64,000 nt of DNA from Nitrospinaceae bacterium (GCA_965237905.1 OZ250172.1:2816001-2880000); one strand, 5' to 3'. Numbered from the stretch's first letter, positions 7,427-17,563 are shown. Numbers and translations: made by a program. The notes: a model not told the origin generated them from the sequence alone.

Positions 7427-10132
7427 ATGGCTAAGAAACCGACACTTTATCTGATTGACGGGTCGTCGTATATCTTCCGGGCGTTTTACGGCATCCGGCA
7501 GTTCCTGTCCAATTCCAAAGGGCTCCCCACCAACGCGCTGTACGGTTTCACCACCATGCTCTCCAAGGTGGTGCGCGACGAGCAACCGGACTACCTGGCC
7601 GTGGTGTTCGACTCCAAAGCCAAAACCTTCCGCCACGAGATGTATTCCGACTACAAGGCCAACCGCGACACCCCGCCGGAAGAACTCGCCGAACAGTTCC
7701 CCTATTTCGAACCGTTGGTGGAGGCGTTCAATATCGTCAGCCTGCGGCAGGACGGGTTCGAGGCCGACGACATCATCGGTACCCTCGCGAAGATGGGCGA
7801 GCAGGCGAAGATGGCAGTGACCATCGTTTCCGGCGACAAGGACATGATGCAGTTGATCTCCCCGCACGTCCACATGCTCGACACGATGAAGGACAAACGC
7901 TTCGAGAAAGCGGAGGTGATCGACAAGTTCGGCGTGCCGCCGGAGAAGGTGATCGAGGTGATGGGCCTGATGGGCGACTCCAGCGACCACATCCCCGGCG
8001 TGAAGGGGGTGGGACCGAAAACGGCGACGGAGCTGATCCAGAAATACGGCTCCATTGAAAAGCTGTATAAGAATATAGAAGACATCGACAAGCAGAAGCT
8101 GAAGGACAAACTGGAGACGGACAAGGAGAACGCCCTGCTCAGCCGCCAACTGGTGACCATCGATACCGAAATGAAACTCGACTGTAAAGTCGAAGACCTC
8201 AAGATGCGCGAACCCGACACCGACAAACTGCGCTCGATGTTTACTGAGCTTGGATTTAAGTCGCTCCTTGAAAATTTACCAGCGGGCGAGGGCACCGCCG
8301 GTGTGCCACCGGTATCAGATTTTTCCAAGATAGAGTCTAATTATCAAACCATATTAGATGAGCAATCGTTGGAGTCGTTATTAAAATTCCTTAAAAAATC
8401 TAAAAAATTCGCGCTCGACTTGGAAACGACGAGCAAGCATCCGACCCGCGCGGAGATGGTGGGCATCTCGTTTTCGTGGGCAGAGGGCGAGGCGTGCTAC
8501 ATCCCGGTGAGCCACCGTTACCTGGGCGTGCCGGAGCAGTTGGACAAGCAGAAGGTGATTGAAGCCCTAAAACCTCTTCTGCAAGATGGAAAACTTAAAA
8601 AGTTCGGACACAACATAAAGTACGATCTCATCGTGCTCGCCAACGAGGGTGTGGCGCTTAAGGGCGTCGCGTTCGATTCCATGCTGGCGTCGTATGTGCT
8701 GGACCCGTCGAAGCGGCAACACGGCCTCGACGATCTGGCAATGGAGTTGCTGGGGCATCAGAACATCACTTTTAAAGACGTGGCGGGGAAGGGGGCCAAG
8801 CAGATCGGCTTCGACGAGGTGGCCATCGACGTGGCGGCCGAGTACGCGGCGGAGGACAGCGACATCACCTTCCGTTTGACGCATGCGTTGCGGCCGCGCC
8901 TCAGGGACGAGACTTTAAAATTGTATGAAGAGCTGGAGTTGCCGCTGATCGATGTGCTGGCGGATATGGAGATGACCGGCGTGCGGGTTGACCGCGAGCA
9001 TCTCAAAAAAATGTCGAGTAAGTTGACCAAGGCCTTAAAGAAACATGAGGACGAAATTTATGCGATGGCGGGGGAGCCGTTCAATATCAACTCGCCGAAG
9101 CAGTTGGGAGTGATCCTGTTCGAGAAGATGGGATTGACGGCGAAGAAAAAAACCAAGACCGGGTTCTCGACCGACATGAGCGTGATGGAGGAGTTGGCGG
9201 ACGAGCACGAACTGCCGGCGATGATCGTTAACTTCCGCCAGTTGTCAAAATTGAAGTCGACTTACATTGACGCACTGCCGCTGGAGATCAATCAGAAGAC
9301 CGGGCGGGTTCATACGTCGTACAACCAGACGGTCGCCGCGACGGGACGGTTGAGCAGTAGCGATCCAAACTTGCAGAATATTCCGATCCGCTCCGACCTC
9401 GGCAAGGAAATCCGTCAGGCGTTTGTCGCGGATAAAGACGGCTGGTTGTTGTCGGCGGACTATTCGCAGATCGAGTTGCGTATTCTCGCGCATTTGTCGG
9501 GCGATCCGGCATTGATCCAGGCGTTCAAGAAGGGGGAGGACATTCACACACGCACGGCGGCGGAGATATTCGGTCAGCCGTTGGACGGGGTGGACGAGGA
9601 CGGGCGGCGCATGGCCAAGGCGGTGAACTTCGGCATCGTGTACGGGTTGAGTGCATTTGGATTATCGCGGCAGTTAAAGATAAGTCCGGGTGAGGCGAAG
9701 GCATTCATCGACCAGTATTTCGATCTGTACAAGAACGTGAAGACCTTCATGGAGAGCACCATCGAAGAAGCGCGGCAGTGCGGGTACACCATGACGATGA
9801 TGAACCGGCGGCGCTACCTGCCTGACCTGCACAGCAAGAACCGGCAGGTGCGGGAGTCGACGGAGCGGGTGGCGATCAATTCGCCGGTGCAGGGCAGTGC
9901 GGCGGACATGATCAAGCTGGCGATGATCCGTTTGCATCACAAGCTGGCGCAGTTGAAGCTGAAGTCGAAGATGATCATGCAGGTGCACGACGAGTTGGTG
10001 TTCGAGTGTCCGGCGAAAGAGAAGAAGGACGTCGAAGCGCTGGTCAAAAAAGAAATGGAAGGCGTGTGGCCGATGCAGGTTCCGGTGGTGGTGCATCTGA
10101 ACTGGGGCAAGAACTGGAACGAGGCGCATTAA
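7427..10132 (+). CDS. polA: DNA polymerase I
   Basis: 901 aa; 5'-3' exonuclease (LIDGSS, EADD), 3'-5' exonuclease (DLETT, HNIKYD, YAAED), polymerase motifs DYSQIELR, R..AK.VNFG..YG, QVHDE. Confidence 0.99.
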   Translation: MAKKPTLYLIDGSSYIFRAFYGIRQFLSNSKGLPTNALYGFTTMLSKVVRDEQPDYLAVVFDSKAKTFRHEMYSDYKANRDTPPEELAEQFPYFEPLVEAFNIVSLRQDGFEADDIIGTLAKMGEQAKMAVTIVSGDKDMMQLISPHVHMLDTMKDKRFEKAEVIDKFGVPPEKVIEVMGLMGDSSDHIPGVKGVGPKTATELIQKYGSIEKLYKNIEDIDKQKLKDKLETDKENALLSRQLVTIDTEMKLDCKVEDLKMREPDTDKLRSMFTELGFKSLLENLPAGEGTAGVPPVSDFSKIESNYQTILDEQSLESLLKFLKKSKKFALDLETTSKHPTRAEMVGISFSWAEGEACYIPVSHRYLGVPEQLDKQKVIEALKPLLQDGKLKKFGHNIKYDLIVLANEGVALKGVAFDSMLASYVLDPSKRQHGLDDLAMELLGHQNITFKDVAGKGAKQIGFDEVAIDVAAEYAAEDSDITFRLTHALRPRLRDETLKLYEELELPLIDVLADMEMTGVRVDREHLKKMSSKLTKALKKHEDEIYAMAGEPFNINSPKQLGVILFEKMGLTAKKKTKTGFSTDMSVMEELADEHELPAMIVNFRQLSKLKSTYIDALPLEINQKTGRVHTSYNQTVAATGRLSSSDPNLQNIPIRSDLGKEIRQAFVADKDGWLLSADYSQIELRILAHLSGDPALIQAFKKGEDIHTRTAAEIFGQPLDGVDEDGRRMAKAVNFGIVYGLSAFGLSRQLKISPGEAKAFIDQYFDLYKNVKTFMESTIEEARQCGYTMTMMNRRRYLPDLHSKNRQVRESTERVAINSPVQGSAADMIKLAMIRLHHKLAQLKLKSKMIMQVHDELVFECPAKEKKDVEALVKKEMEGVWPMQVPVVVHLNWGKNWNEAH

Positions 10133-10289
10133 TCATTTTCATGTATGGTTTTTACTTCCCTAAAGCTCCATCCTTCAAGTATTTTAAATGAGTCTTTCCT
10201 CACGTGGTACCCGCATCTTTTTCTTTAGAGCCAATAGCCCTTTGCTATACTAATGAGGAAACCTTTTCGTTTCTTCTGAGGGTTAGTTC

Positions 10290-11009
10290 GTGAGCCAAAC
10301 ATCTGAACTTTTAAACCGCGCCATCGTTTACAAGCGTTCATCCATCCTTTGTGCCCTTCTTTGTATATATATTTTGATGCTTGCCGGTGGAACAGCGCGG
10401 GCGGAGGCAGAGGGGGGTAATTTTTTGAGCTTTGGTCTGGCGGGCGGTTCGGTGTTTGCTTCCGATGCTGAATTGGAATCCAGTCCACCCTTGGGCGACG
10501 CCGACTTCGAAGGCGGTTATTCCTTCAAAGCTTCTTTGGGAATTTTGCTGGAGAAGAAATTTCAATTGGAAGCCGAATACCTTTACACATTTAACCGCAT
10601 CGATTCGATCATCAATCCCCCGACCGTGACGGAGCTGGTTAACTCCGACCGGGTGACGCACAGCCTGATGTTGAATGCCACCTATCGGGTGGAGGTCCCA
10701 CCTCAGGGAGATACGTTTTGGGTGCGCCGGGGTTATTACGTTTATTTTGGAGGAGGCGTCGGGGTTTCCTGGCAGGATTATACTATTGAAACCCTTGCCA
10801 TCGAGGCAGACTCCAGCACCGCCTGGCAGATACTGATCGGATTTGAAAAGATGCATTCTTCCCCGTATTTGTTTGCCGCTTTTCCCTCGCCCTTTTTACA
10901 GTACCGGTTTCTTCACATCACGGAAGGAGATTTCGGAGCGTTCAAAACAGATGCTTCCCTTCATCTCATTGAGTTCGGTTTCCGTTTTTACGGCGGATTC
11001 GGTTCTTAA
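10290..11009 (+). CDS. Outer membrane beta-barrel protein (8-strand OmpA/opacity-like)
   Basis: Signal peptide, alternating strands (QLEAEYLY, YVYFGGGVG, AWQILIG), terminal strand EFGFRFY; exact start uncertain. Confidence 0.7.
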   Translation: MSQTSELLNRAIVYKRSSILCALLCIYILMLAGGTARAEAEGGNFLSFGLAGGSVFASDAELESSPPLGDADFEGGYSFKASLGILLEKKFQLEAEYLYTFNRIDSIINPPTVTELVNSDRVTHSLMLNATYRVEVPPQGDTFWVRRGYYVYFGGGVGVSWQDYTIETLAIEADSSTAWQILIGFEKMHSSPYLFAAFPSPFLQYRFLHITEGDFGAFKTDASLHLIEFGFRFYGGFGS

Positions 11010-11262
11010 TCTTACCGTTCACTCTTAAGCAAGCCCGCATTGATACCGTTTTATTTCCGAACAACGCCCGATTTCATCTGTTGAGGGACGAGGTGGAAAA
11101 TCAACCTTTTTAAGGTAATTAGATTGTCTGCAGAGGGTAATTCTTCATCTAGGACGGCTAAAACCAAGAGAAAAGTATCCTCAATATTATTAAATTCCAT
11201 TACACTGTAAAGATATGGAATGCGCGTCATTCCATCTTTTTTAGGTGCGTTTGGAGAAGAGA

Positions 11263-12711
11263 ATGAAGAATAGTGCTATTTGGGTTTATGTCGTGGGAAT
11301 CCTTATGTTTATTTGGGGATTCTGTCAACTGGGGTATGCCTTTATGGGTTTCCATCTCCCCATCACGATTCCATATACAGAATGGGGAGCTTTGTTAGGT
11401 GAGAAAGAGTTGTTTGAAGATATGCAGTTGGGACTGGCCTTCAGCTGTATGTTGGCCGGAGTGGGTTTGTTGATTTTTAGAGCCTGGGCTCGAGTTTTTA
11501 CCATATGGATCATCTGGACTTTTGCCGGTTTTTTCTTTTACATCTTTCTCCTGGTCGGTCCCATGGAATTCGAGGTATTCTTCGTGCAGAAGTTTGCCAT
11601 ATTTTTCGCGCTGGCCCTCATACTGCTCTGGTTTTTCAACCAGGAGGAAACCCGGGAAACGTTGAATTCAGATCCACAGAAAAAGCGGAACCGGTTGATC
11701 CCCTTCTTTACCATGCTCCTGATATCGATAGGAATATTTGTTTTTGTCAATTTGCCCGCCCAGCTCCCTCTGGTTTTCACCGATGCCCGGTTTCCTGAAA
11801 TTGAAGAGGTGAGTTACTCCTTCCCAAGCAAACGGTATTATGAAACCAAATATAATCGTACGGAGTTTCCTTTGCCTTACACGGTCGCCGTTCCCAAAGG
11901 CACCCGGCTGATATCGTTGAATCAGGATTCCGGTTTTAAAAATGAGGGAAAATGTGAAGTCCGTTTAGATACTCCCGGCCAGGCTCAGACTCTTCTGTTA
12001 ACCCGTCAAACGCCGGTACAAGCTGAGTGGGGTTCTGAAAAAATCCAAAAATTTCTGAAAAGGATTTATCTCTTAACGCCTTACCATTATGCGAGAAAGA
12101 TTTTTTCCGACCGAAGAAGCATCATTTACTGGCGATCGCGTAACAAGATGGGTCAGTTGGGAGGCGATGAAATTCATGAAGTTCATATGGGTGGCATGAA
12201 TAACTTCGTGGTGAAGCTCAAAAAACCAGGTGAGATATTTGGAAAAAATATTCGCTGGAATTTTGATTTCAATCTTTACCTTAAAGACAAATCCGCCGGG
12301 GGGGGTAGGATATTCGTGTTTAAGGGGGGCGAGAAGACGGCTACGAATATCCTTGCTTCCTTGCAACCCCAATCAGCTCAATCCAAAACGGCATTCGATT
12401 TTCACCAGGAAGGGGAGAAGTTAGCCAAGAAAAAGAGATACGAAAAAGCCAAGATATCTTTTGCCTCCGCTCTATGCCTTGAGGAGGGGAACCCGGAGTA
12501 CCACTATTCCATGGGAAAGGTTTTTTACAAAACCCGAAACTATGAGCAGGCGGACCGGCATTTGACAAAGACGATGGAACTCGACAATGAGTTTTTCGGA
12601 GCCAAAGAATTGTTTGAAAAAACCAGAAAAAAGCTGAGGAAATCTACAGCTCAAGGAAAAAAGGGTCTGCGAGGATACCCGCAGACCCAATTTTATCTGG
12701 CAAGCCGTTAG
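11263..12711 (+). CDS. Membrane protein with C-terminal TPR repeats
   Basis: About 5 N-terminal hydrophobic segments; C-terminal G..LA....YEKA...F..AL...PEYHYSMG...Y....YEQA TPR pattern. Confidence 0.7.
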   Translation: MKNSAIWVYVVGILMFIWGFCQLGYAFMGFHLPITIPYTEWGALLGEKELFEDMQLGLAFSCMLAGVGLLIFRAWARVFTIWIIWTFAGFFFYIFLLVGPMEFEVFFVQKFAIFFALALILLWFFNQEETRETLNSDPQKKRNRLIPFFTMLLISIGIFVFVNLPAQLPLVFTDARFPEIEEVSYSFPSKRYYETKYNRTEFPLPYTVAVPKGTRLISLNQDSGFKNEGKCEVRLDTPGQAQTLLLTRQTPVQAEWGSEKIQKFLKRIYLLTPYHYARKIFSDRRSIIYWRSRNKMGQLGGDEIHEVHMGGMNNFVVKLKKPGEIFGKNIRWNFDFNLYLKDKSAGGGRIFVFKGGEKTATNILASLQPQSAQSKTAFDFHQEGEKLAKKKRYEKAKISFASALCLEEGNPEYHYSMGKVFYKTRNYEQADRHLTKTMELDNEFFGAKELFEKTRKKLRKSTAQGKKGLRGYPQTQFYLASR

Positions 12712-12759
12712 GTTTTTTAATTCGCCCTGCCCATTGGCCCACCTGTCCTGACAACCAAT

Positions 12760-13182
12760 TTATCGTCGCCATTGGCGCCCAGAGCGACCCTGCCGATGGT
12801 GGTTTCCACGGCGTTGACCGTAGCCATCCCGTTTATAGCCTCGTTGATTGCCGTAGTAGTGACCCTTGTGATGACGACCTGATCTATGGTGGCCCCACTG
12901 CTTATGGTTATGGTGGCGATGCCCTGAGTAACCACCCCATCCCCGATAGGGACGGTTAGGATAATATCCGTAATAATACTGGTTAGGGTAATATCCAGAA
13001 TAATAGGGGTAAGGTCGATAGTTGTTATACGAGTAGGTCGATAAACCGGAGTAGCCATCGGAAACCGAAAACCCGAATCCGTTTCCACCCAAGTCTATCC
13101 GAAGCCCGGATTGAGCCCATGCGTTACTGCTGAACATTATTACGAATGCTATGCCGATGAGACCTACGGTTAATTTTTTCAT
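12760..13182 (-). CDS. Secreted low-complexity Tyr/Gly/His/Arg-rich protein
   Basis: SD AAGGAG; signal peptide ending AWA; YY.GYYPN repeats, then a His/Arg-rich tail. Confidence 0.75.
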   Translation of the reverse strand: MKKLTVGLIGIAFVIMFSSNAWAQSGLRIDLGGNGFGFSVSDGYSGLSTYSYNNYRPYPYYSGYYPNQYYYGYYPNRPYRGWGGYSGHRHHNHKQWGHHRSGRHHKGHYYGNQRGYKRDGYGQRRGNHHRQGRSGRQWRR

Positions 13183-13471
13183 GGCCGTTTCTCCTTTAAG
13201 TTATTTGGATTTTCTTTCATCAGCCAAAATCAAACAGTTGTTGAACTACTGGTACCAATATAGTTACATTCATGTTTATAGTCAAATTTATTTGCAATAT
13301 TTTATATTAATTTTGTTTAATCTTTCAATTGATTTGTTTATAATGATTTATGAAGGCTCTATTAGGTGTCTTTTGACTTGGGATTTTATTTATACATAAA
13401 AGTGGAATTAATTTTGACCTTAAGCTTCTTGCCAGTGCAGGTACCGCAAGGGTTTTTTGAGGCAGGTGAAT

Positions 13472-13882
13472 ATGGATCTTCAATACAACGAGAACCAGCG
13501 CAAAGAATACCTGAATATGACCGACCGCATCGGGATGGAGTGGTTGGAAGTCTTTAAGGGAGATACCGAGTTTTACCAGGCGGCGTATTGGGATTTGTTC
13601 ACCCGCCTGTGGAAGTCTGGCATCCCGGAACGTAAAACCGATGCCCTCAAGTTCATGGTGGGAATCAAAAGCGCGCAAACGGCAGGCAAATATATTGAGA
13701 CGGCTATCAAGAAGAAGTTGATTGTCGAGAAAGACAATCCGGAAGACGCCCGTTCCCGCCTCCTCGAGTTATCACCGCAAATGAAAGAACGGCTGGATTT
13801 GTTTTTCGATCAGGCCGTCGGAAACTTGAGAAACTCCAACCGTATTATCGAATCCAGCCAAACTCCATCTATAGAGGTTTAA
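13472..13882 (+). CDS. Winged helix-turn-helix (MarR-like) protein
   Basis: SAQTAGKYIETAIKKKLIV...NPEDARSRLLELS wing motif. Confidence 0.7.
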   Translation: MDLQYNENQRKEYLNMTDRIGMEWLEVFKGDTEFYQAAYWDLFTRLWKSGIPERKTDALKFMVGIKSAQTAGKYIETAIKKKLIVEKDNPEDARSRLLELSPQMKERLDLFFDQAVGNLRNSNRIIESSQTPSIEV

Positions 13883-13967
13883 CCCGAAAGAGAAATATAT
13901 TCCGGTTCATACTTCACACGATGTTTTTGGGGAAATGCAGAATTCATTGGATTTTTAGAGCACTCGG

Positions 13968-14390
13968 TTATTTCGAATTGCCCTTTAGGTCGGCGATCAT
14001 CTGCTCCCGCTCGAGCCGCAGTTTTTCCCGAAATGCCGCTACACCGCCGTGCTTTTTATCGTAATGCTTGCAGATTTCGTCGACGCTAACCACCGTATCC
14101 GCATGCTCTCCCGTCAGGCACCTTCCGTTCTTGTCGCACGCCCAGATCGGGTAATCCTTCTCCACCTGATCGCGAAAATCCTCCGGCAGGTTGGAGCTGT
14201 GCGGCAGATTGTTGTAGTTGGCATCGACCCGTTCCTCAATGCGGTCCAACTCCTTCACCAGGTCGTCGATGTTTTCGCCGTCCCAGTCGCCGACATGATC
14301 GTCGTCTTCCGCCGACAAAATGCGGTTTTTGAGGGCGGGATCGATCACCACCTTGTCCAGCGAAAACCGCCGTCCATGTTCCTCAGCCAT
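13968..14390 (-). CDS. Hypothetical protein
   Basis: 140 aa, acidic, GC3-rich coding bias, SD GGAG; YPIWACDKNGRCLTG motif of unknown function. Confidence 0.7.
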   Translation of the reverse strand: MAEEHGRRFSLDKVVIDPALKNRILSAEDDDHVGDWDGENIDDLVKELDRIEERVDANYNNLPHSSNLPEDFRDQVEKDYPIWACDKNGRCLTGEHADTVVSVDEICKHYDKKHGGVAAFREKLRLEREQMIADLKGNSK

Positions 14391-14660
14391 AGGGCTCTCC
14401 AATAAGCAAATTATGTGAATGATTGGGATACCTTACCGCTCCCGTGCCGTCTATGTCAATTGGATATGTGATCATTGAGTAATGTTCCGACAGATGATTG
14501 GGCGGATGAGAAACCAGGCAAAATGGGAAAAACTTGAAAAGTCAACTCTGGTGAAATAAGTGGTGCTGCTTGCGGGCAAATCCCATTACACTATATAGAA
14601 GATCAATGAAGTGAGTGAGATCTCGGGGGAAGGGCCACTCGATTCTTTAGGAGGCTTCAT

Positions 14661-15014
14661 ATGAGCACTTTTAAAACTCGATGGATGGACTGGTGCGTTA
14701 TTGCCCTACTTCTTGGAGTCTTGGCAGGTTGTAAAGGCGAGCCGTTGCCCGCGGATAAAAAGAACTATGCGGGAAAGTGGGTAAGCTCCAGCATCACTCT
14801 GCAAATTTCTCCCGACGGGGAGGTGAATTACAAGAAGGAGGAAGGTAAAAGGGAAACCACCATCAAGGGTCCGATAAAGGAATTCGACAAGGATAATTTC
14901 GTGGTCGGCATCTGGATATTGACGACTACTTTTGAGGTGCAGAAAACTCCTTTTCAAGAAGAGGAACGCTGGGTCATGGTAGTGGATGGAAATAAGTTAT
15001 ATAAAGTGAATTGA
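14661..15014 (+). CDS. Hypothetical lipoprotein
   Basis: SD AGGAGG; lipobox LAGC; beta-rich YAGKWVS pattern. Confidence 0.8.
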   Translation: MSTFKTRWMDWCVIALLLGVLAGCKGEPLPADKKNYAGKWVSSSITLQISPDGEVNYKKEEGKRETTIKGPIKEFDKDNFVVGIWILTTTFEVQKTPFQEEERWVMVVDGNKLYKVN

Positions 15015-15061
15015 CCCGTTGGGTCTTCCACCCTTAATTTCTCATTGACAGGATTTTTGGG

Positions 15062-16132
15062 CTAACCGTTTTCGGCTTCCCGGACAGACCGGGCAATGGC
15101 TTGGCTGGCTCTCGCACTGATGAACCGTTGCTGGTTGTAACCCCACACCATTTCCCAGGCGAGGTCCGGGTAACGGGCGACCAACGGGAGGGCGACGTCG
15201 TCCAGCATCCACTGGCCATGCCGCTCGTCCTCCCTGATATGCAGTTCCCAGTAGTTGATGGCTTCCCGACTCAATCCCAGGCGTTCCCCGGCGAGTTTGT
15301 AATTTTCAAACGCCGCAGGAACCGAAACTTCAAAGAAAAGAAGGGAACCGATATAACGTAAAAAATTCCGTTTGCGCTCGCAAAGAAAAAAACTTTGATT
15401 GATATTGGCCAGGACCTCCCAGGGAGCCAAATCAAAGTAAGCTTCCGGCCGGGTTTTCATCCCAAATTCCTCCAACATGGTAGAGAAATAGGACGAATGT
15501 TTTCTGGCTAATATCCCTTTCCCGTACTCCTCGAAAAAAATCCGGGTGAGCATCGATTGCACTTCATTCCCAACCCCTCCTAAAACCCGGGAGAGTTGGC
15601 TCGCCTCAACCAATCCGTCGAGAGAAGCGATGGCTAAAAGCCGGCGGTAACCGGTTTGCGTCATCTCATTTCGAAAATAAAGACCTTCAGGCGAAGGTTT
15701 CGGATCGAGGTCCTCAGCCACCCGGTTCCGCAACGCTTTTCTGACCTCAGTGACCGTATCGATGGGTTCAATACCTATAGCGTTCGATTCCCAATCCTGC
15801 CAAGCCGATTCGATTCGGCTTTGGATCCCGAAAAGATACTGAGAACCCTCATTGGTATAATTTTTCAGGTCGTCATACCAAAACAGTTTCAACCGGTTGA
15901 TGCGGTACAGGATCCTTTGAAGAAAGAGAAGGGTCTGTGGTTCGCACTCTGCCCCATCACGAATATCCGAAAGAGCGCACTCAAGCGCATCCTCGAAGGA
16001 CTCTTTCAACGCGGGTTTTTCGGCAATTTTTTGTTCCAGATCATCCAGATGAAGCAATCGAGTGAATTGACGTTCAACATCCTGGAAATCGATATCGGAG
16101 ATGTCTGTCGTTGAATCTATTTTTATATGCAT
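15062..16132 (-). CDS. Iron-containing redox enzyme family protein (heme-oxygenase-like diiron oxidase)
   Basis: EEYG.G....KH, E, and YWELHIREDERH metal-ligand motifs in an all-helical sequence. Confidence 0.82.
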   Translation of the reverse strand: MHIKIDSTTDISDIDFQDVERQFTRLLHLDDLEQKIAEKPALKESFEDALECALSDIRDGAECEPQTLLFLQRILYRINRLKLFWYDDLKNYTNEGSQYLFGIQSRIESAWQDWESNAIGIEPIDTVTEVRKALRNRVAEDLDPKPSPEGLYFRNEMTQTGYRRLLAIASLDGLVEASQLSRVLGGVGNEVQSMLTRIFFEEYGKGILARKHSSYFSTMLEEFGMKTRPEAYFDLAPWEVLANINQSFFLCERKRNFLRYIGSLLFFEVSVPAAFENYKLAGERLGLSREAINYWELHIREDERHGQWMLDDVALPLVARYPDLAWEMVWGYNQQRFISARASQAIARSVREAENG

Positions 16133-16258
16133 TCGGCTTTCATTGGGAAATAATTAACCTTTTTGGATTGCACAGTATGTTTGGAAGGCTGTACCATAAC
16201 ACACTATGACGGAGACCCCAAACATCAGGACTATTTTACTTTCATTATCAGGACAATA

Positions 16259-17257
16259 ATGGCATTTGATTTCAAAAACCTCAGGCCGGACAACGATTCC
16301 AATTCGAAGGATCATGAATTTACGCAAGCGGTTATCAAAGGATTATCTAAAGAGCCAAAAAGATTGCCCTCTTGGCTTATATTTGATGATCGGGGAAGTG
16401 AAATATTTGAAGAAATCGTGGCGCTGAAAAATTATCATCCTGCTGTTTGTGAGTTTGAAATATTTCATGCGCACAAGCAAACGATTACGGAGATTATTTC
16501 TGATGAAGCTTTGCAGATTATCGATCTCGGTTCGGGGGATGCGCGTAAGACCAGGGTCCTTCTTGAGCATTTAGTGGGAAACAACCTGCAGATTCATTAC
16601 ATTCCCATCGATATCTCGGCAGGCGCCGTTAAAAATCTGGTCACCTCATTGGAGTCGAAATTCCGCAACACTTCCCTGACAGTCACCGGGATCGCCTCCG
16701 AATATTTTCAAGGATTGGAAGCGGTTCCCCGGGAACAGTTCAAGCGAAACTTTGTTTTCTTTCTGGGATCGACCATCGGCAATCAGGATTACCCTGCCGC
16801 AGGGAAATTTTTGCACCGGCTAGGGGATTCTCTCAATGACGGGGATTACGTGATGATCGGATTTGATCTCATGAAAAACCCCAAACTCCTTTACAATGCC
16901 TACAACGATCCCGAGGGTGTTTTTGAAAAATTCAATTTGCATCTATTGGACCGCATCAACCGGGAACTTGGAGCCAACTTCGTTAAAAGTAATTATGTTC
17001 AAGAGGGGCATTACAATGAGCAGTCCCGTGCCGTTGAAAGCCATGTTTACAGCACCGAGGACCAAACGGTTCAAATACCGGCGTTGAACCAGGAATTCCA
17101 CTTCAAAGCGTGGGAAGGGATGCAGACCGAATATTCTTACAAATATACGATGCAGGAAATCGAAGCGCTGGCTCAAAATAACGGATTTGGAATCGTTAAA
17201 CACCTTTTTGATTCTAAAAAGTTCTTTGTGGATTCGATCTGGAAAGTTAAAAAATAA
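16259..17257 (+). CDS. EgtD-like (Methyltransf_33) aromatic amino acid N-methyltransferase
   Basis: GLS..PKRLP....D.RGS..FE.I, DLGSG...KT, PIDIS, FLGSTIGN, AYND..GV..FN, TEYSYKY. Confidence 0.88.
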   Translation: MAFDFKNLRPDNDSNSKDHEFTQAVIKGLSKEPKRLPSWLIFDDRGSEIFEEIVALKNYHPAVCEFEIFHAHKQTITEIISDEALQIIDLGSGDARKTRVLLEHLVGNNLQIHYIPIDISAGAVKNLVTSLESKFRNTSLTVTGIASEYFQGLEAVPREQFKRNFVFFLGSTIGNQDYPAAGKFLHRLGDSLNDGDYVMIGFDLMKNPKLLYNAYNDPEGVFEKFNLHLLDRINRELGANFVKSNYVQEGHYNEQSRAVESHVYSTEDQTVQIPALNQEFHFKAWEGMQTEYSYKYTMQEIEALAQNNGFGIVKHLFDSKKFFVDSIWKVKK

Positions 17258-17339
17258 TTTTCTATTAACCGCAGGATACTCTTATGCATGCAGGCCGAAC
17301 TTACACTCTTATAGAAACGATTGGCTGGACCAAGCGGTA

Positions 17340-17483
17340 CATAGCGAGAATCCTTTTGAAAGCGGACCCAATGAGGTTCCCATCACCGCCCTGGCCCGCA
17401 CCATCGAAATCGACCTCCGGGAAATGCTCGACGAAATAGAAATCCCTCCCAAAATAGAACCTAAAAACAATATCCTTCTGTAG
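17340..17483 (+). pseudogene. C-terminal remnant of a bestrophin-family (YneE-like) channel
   Basis: SENPFE..PNEVPITALARTIEIDLREML.E...P; no credible start codon or N-terminal part. Confidence 0.65.
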
Positions 17484-17563
17484 GGAATAGTTCTCATCTG
17501 GAGGAAGATCTTCCGGTGTGCATCCCGGACTGCGCCACATCTCCCACGCACAATGGCGAGTTC

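Noticed and set aside
12717..13088. Thr/Ile-rich 123-aa ORF
   Set aside because: Alternative frame of the low-complexity secreted protein, which has the SD and signal peptide
17301..17551. Two short minus-strand ORFs downstream of the SSS gene
   Set aside because: Better explained as antisense to the bestrophin remnant
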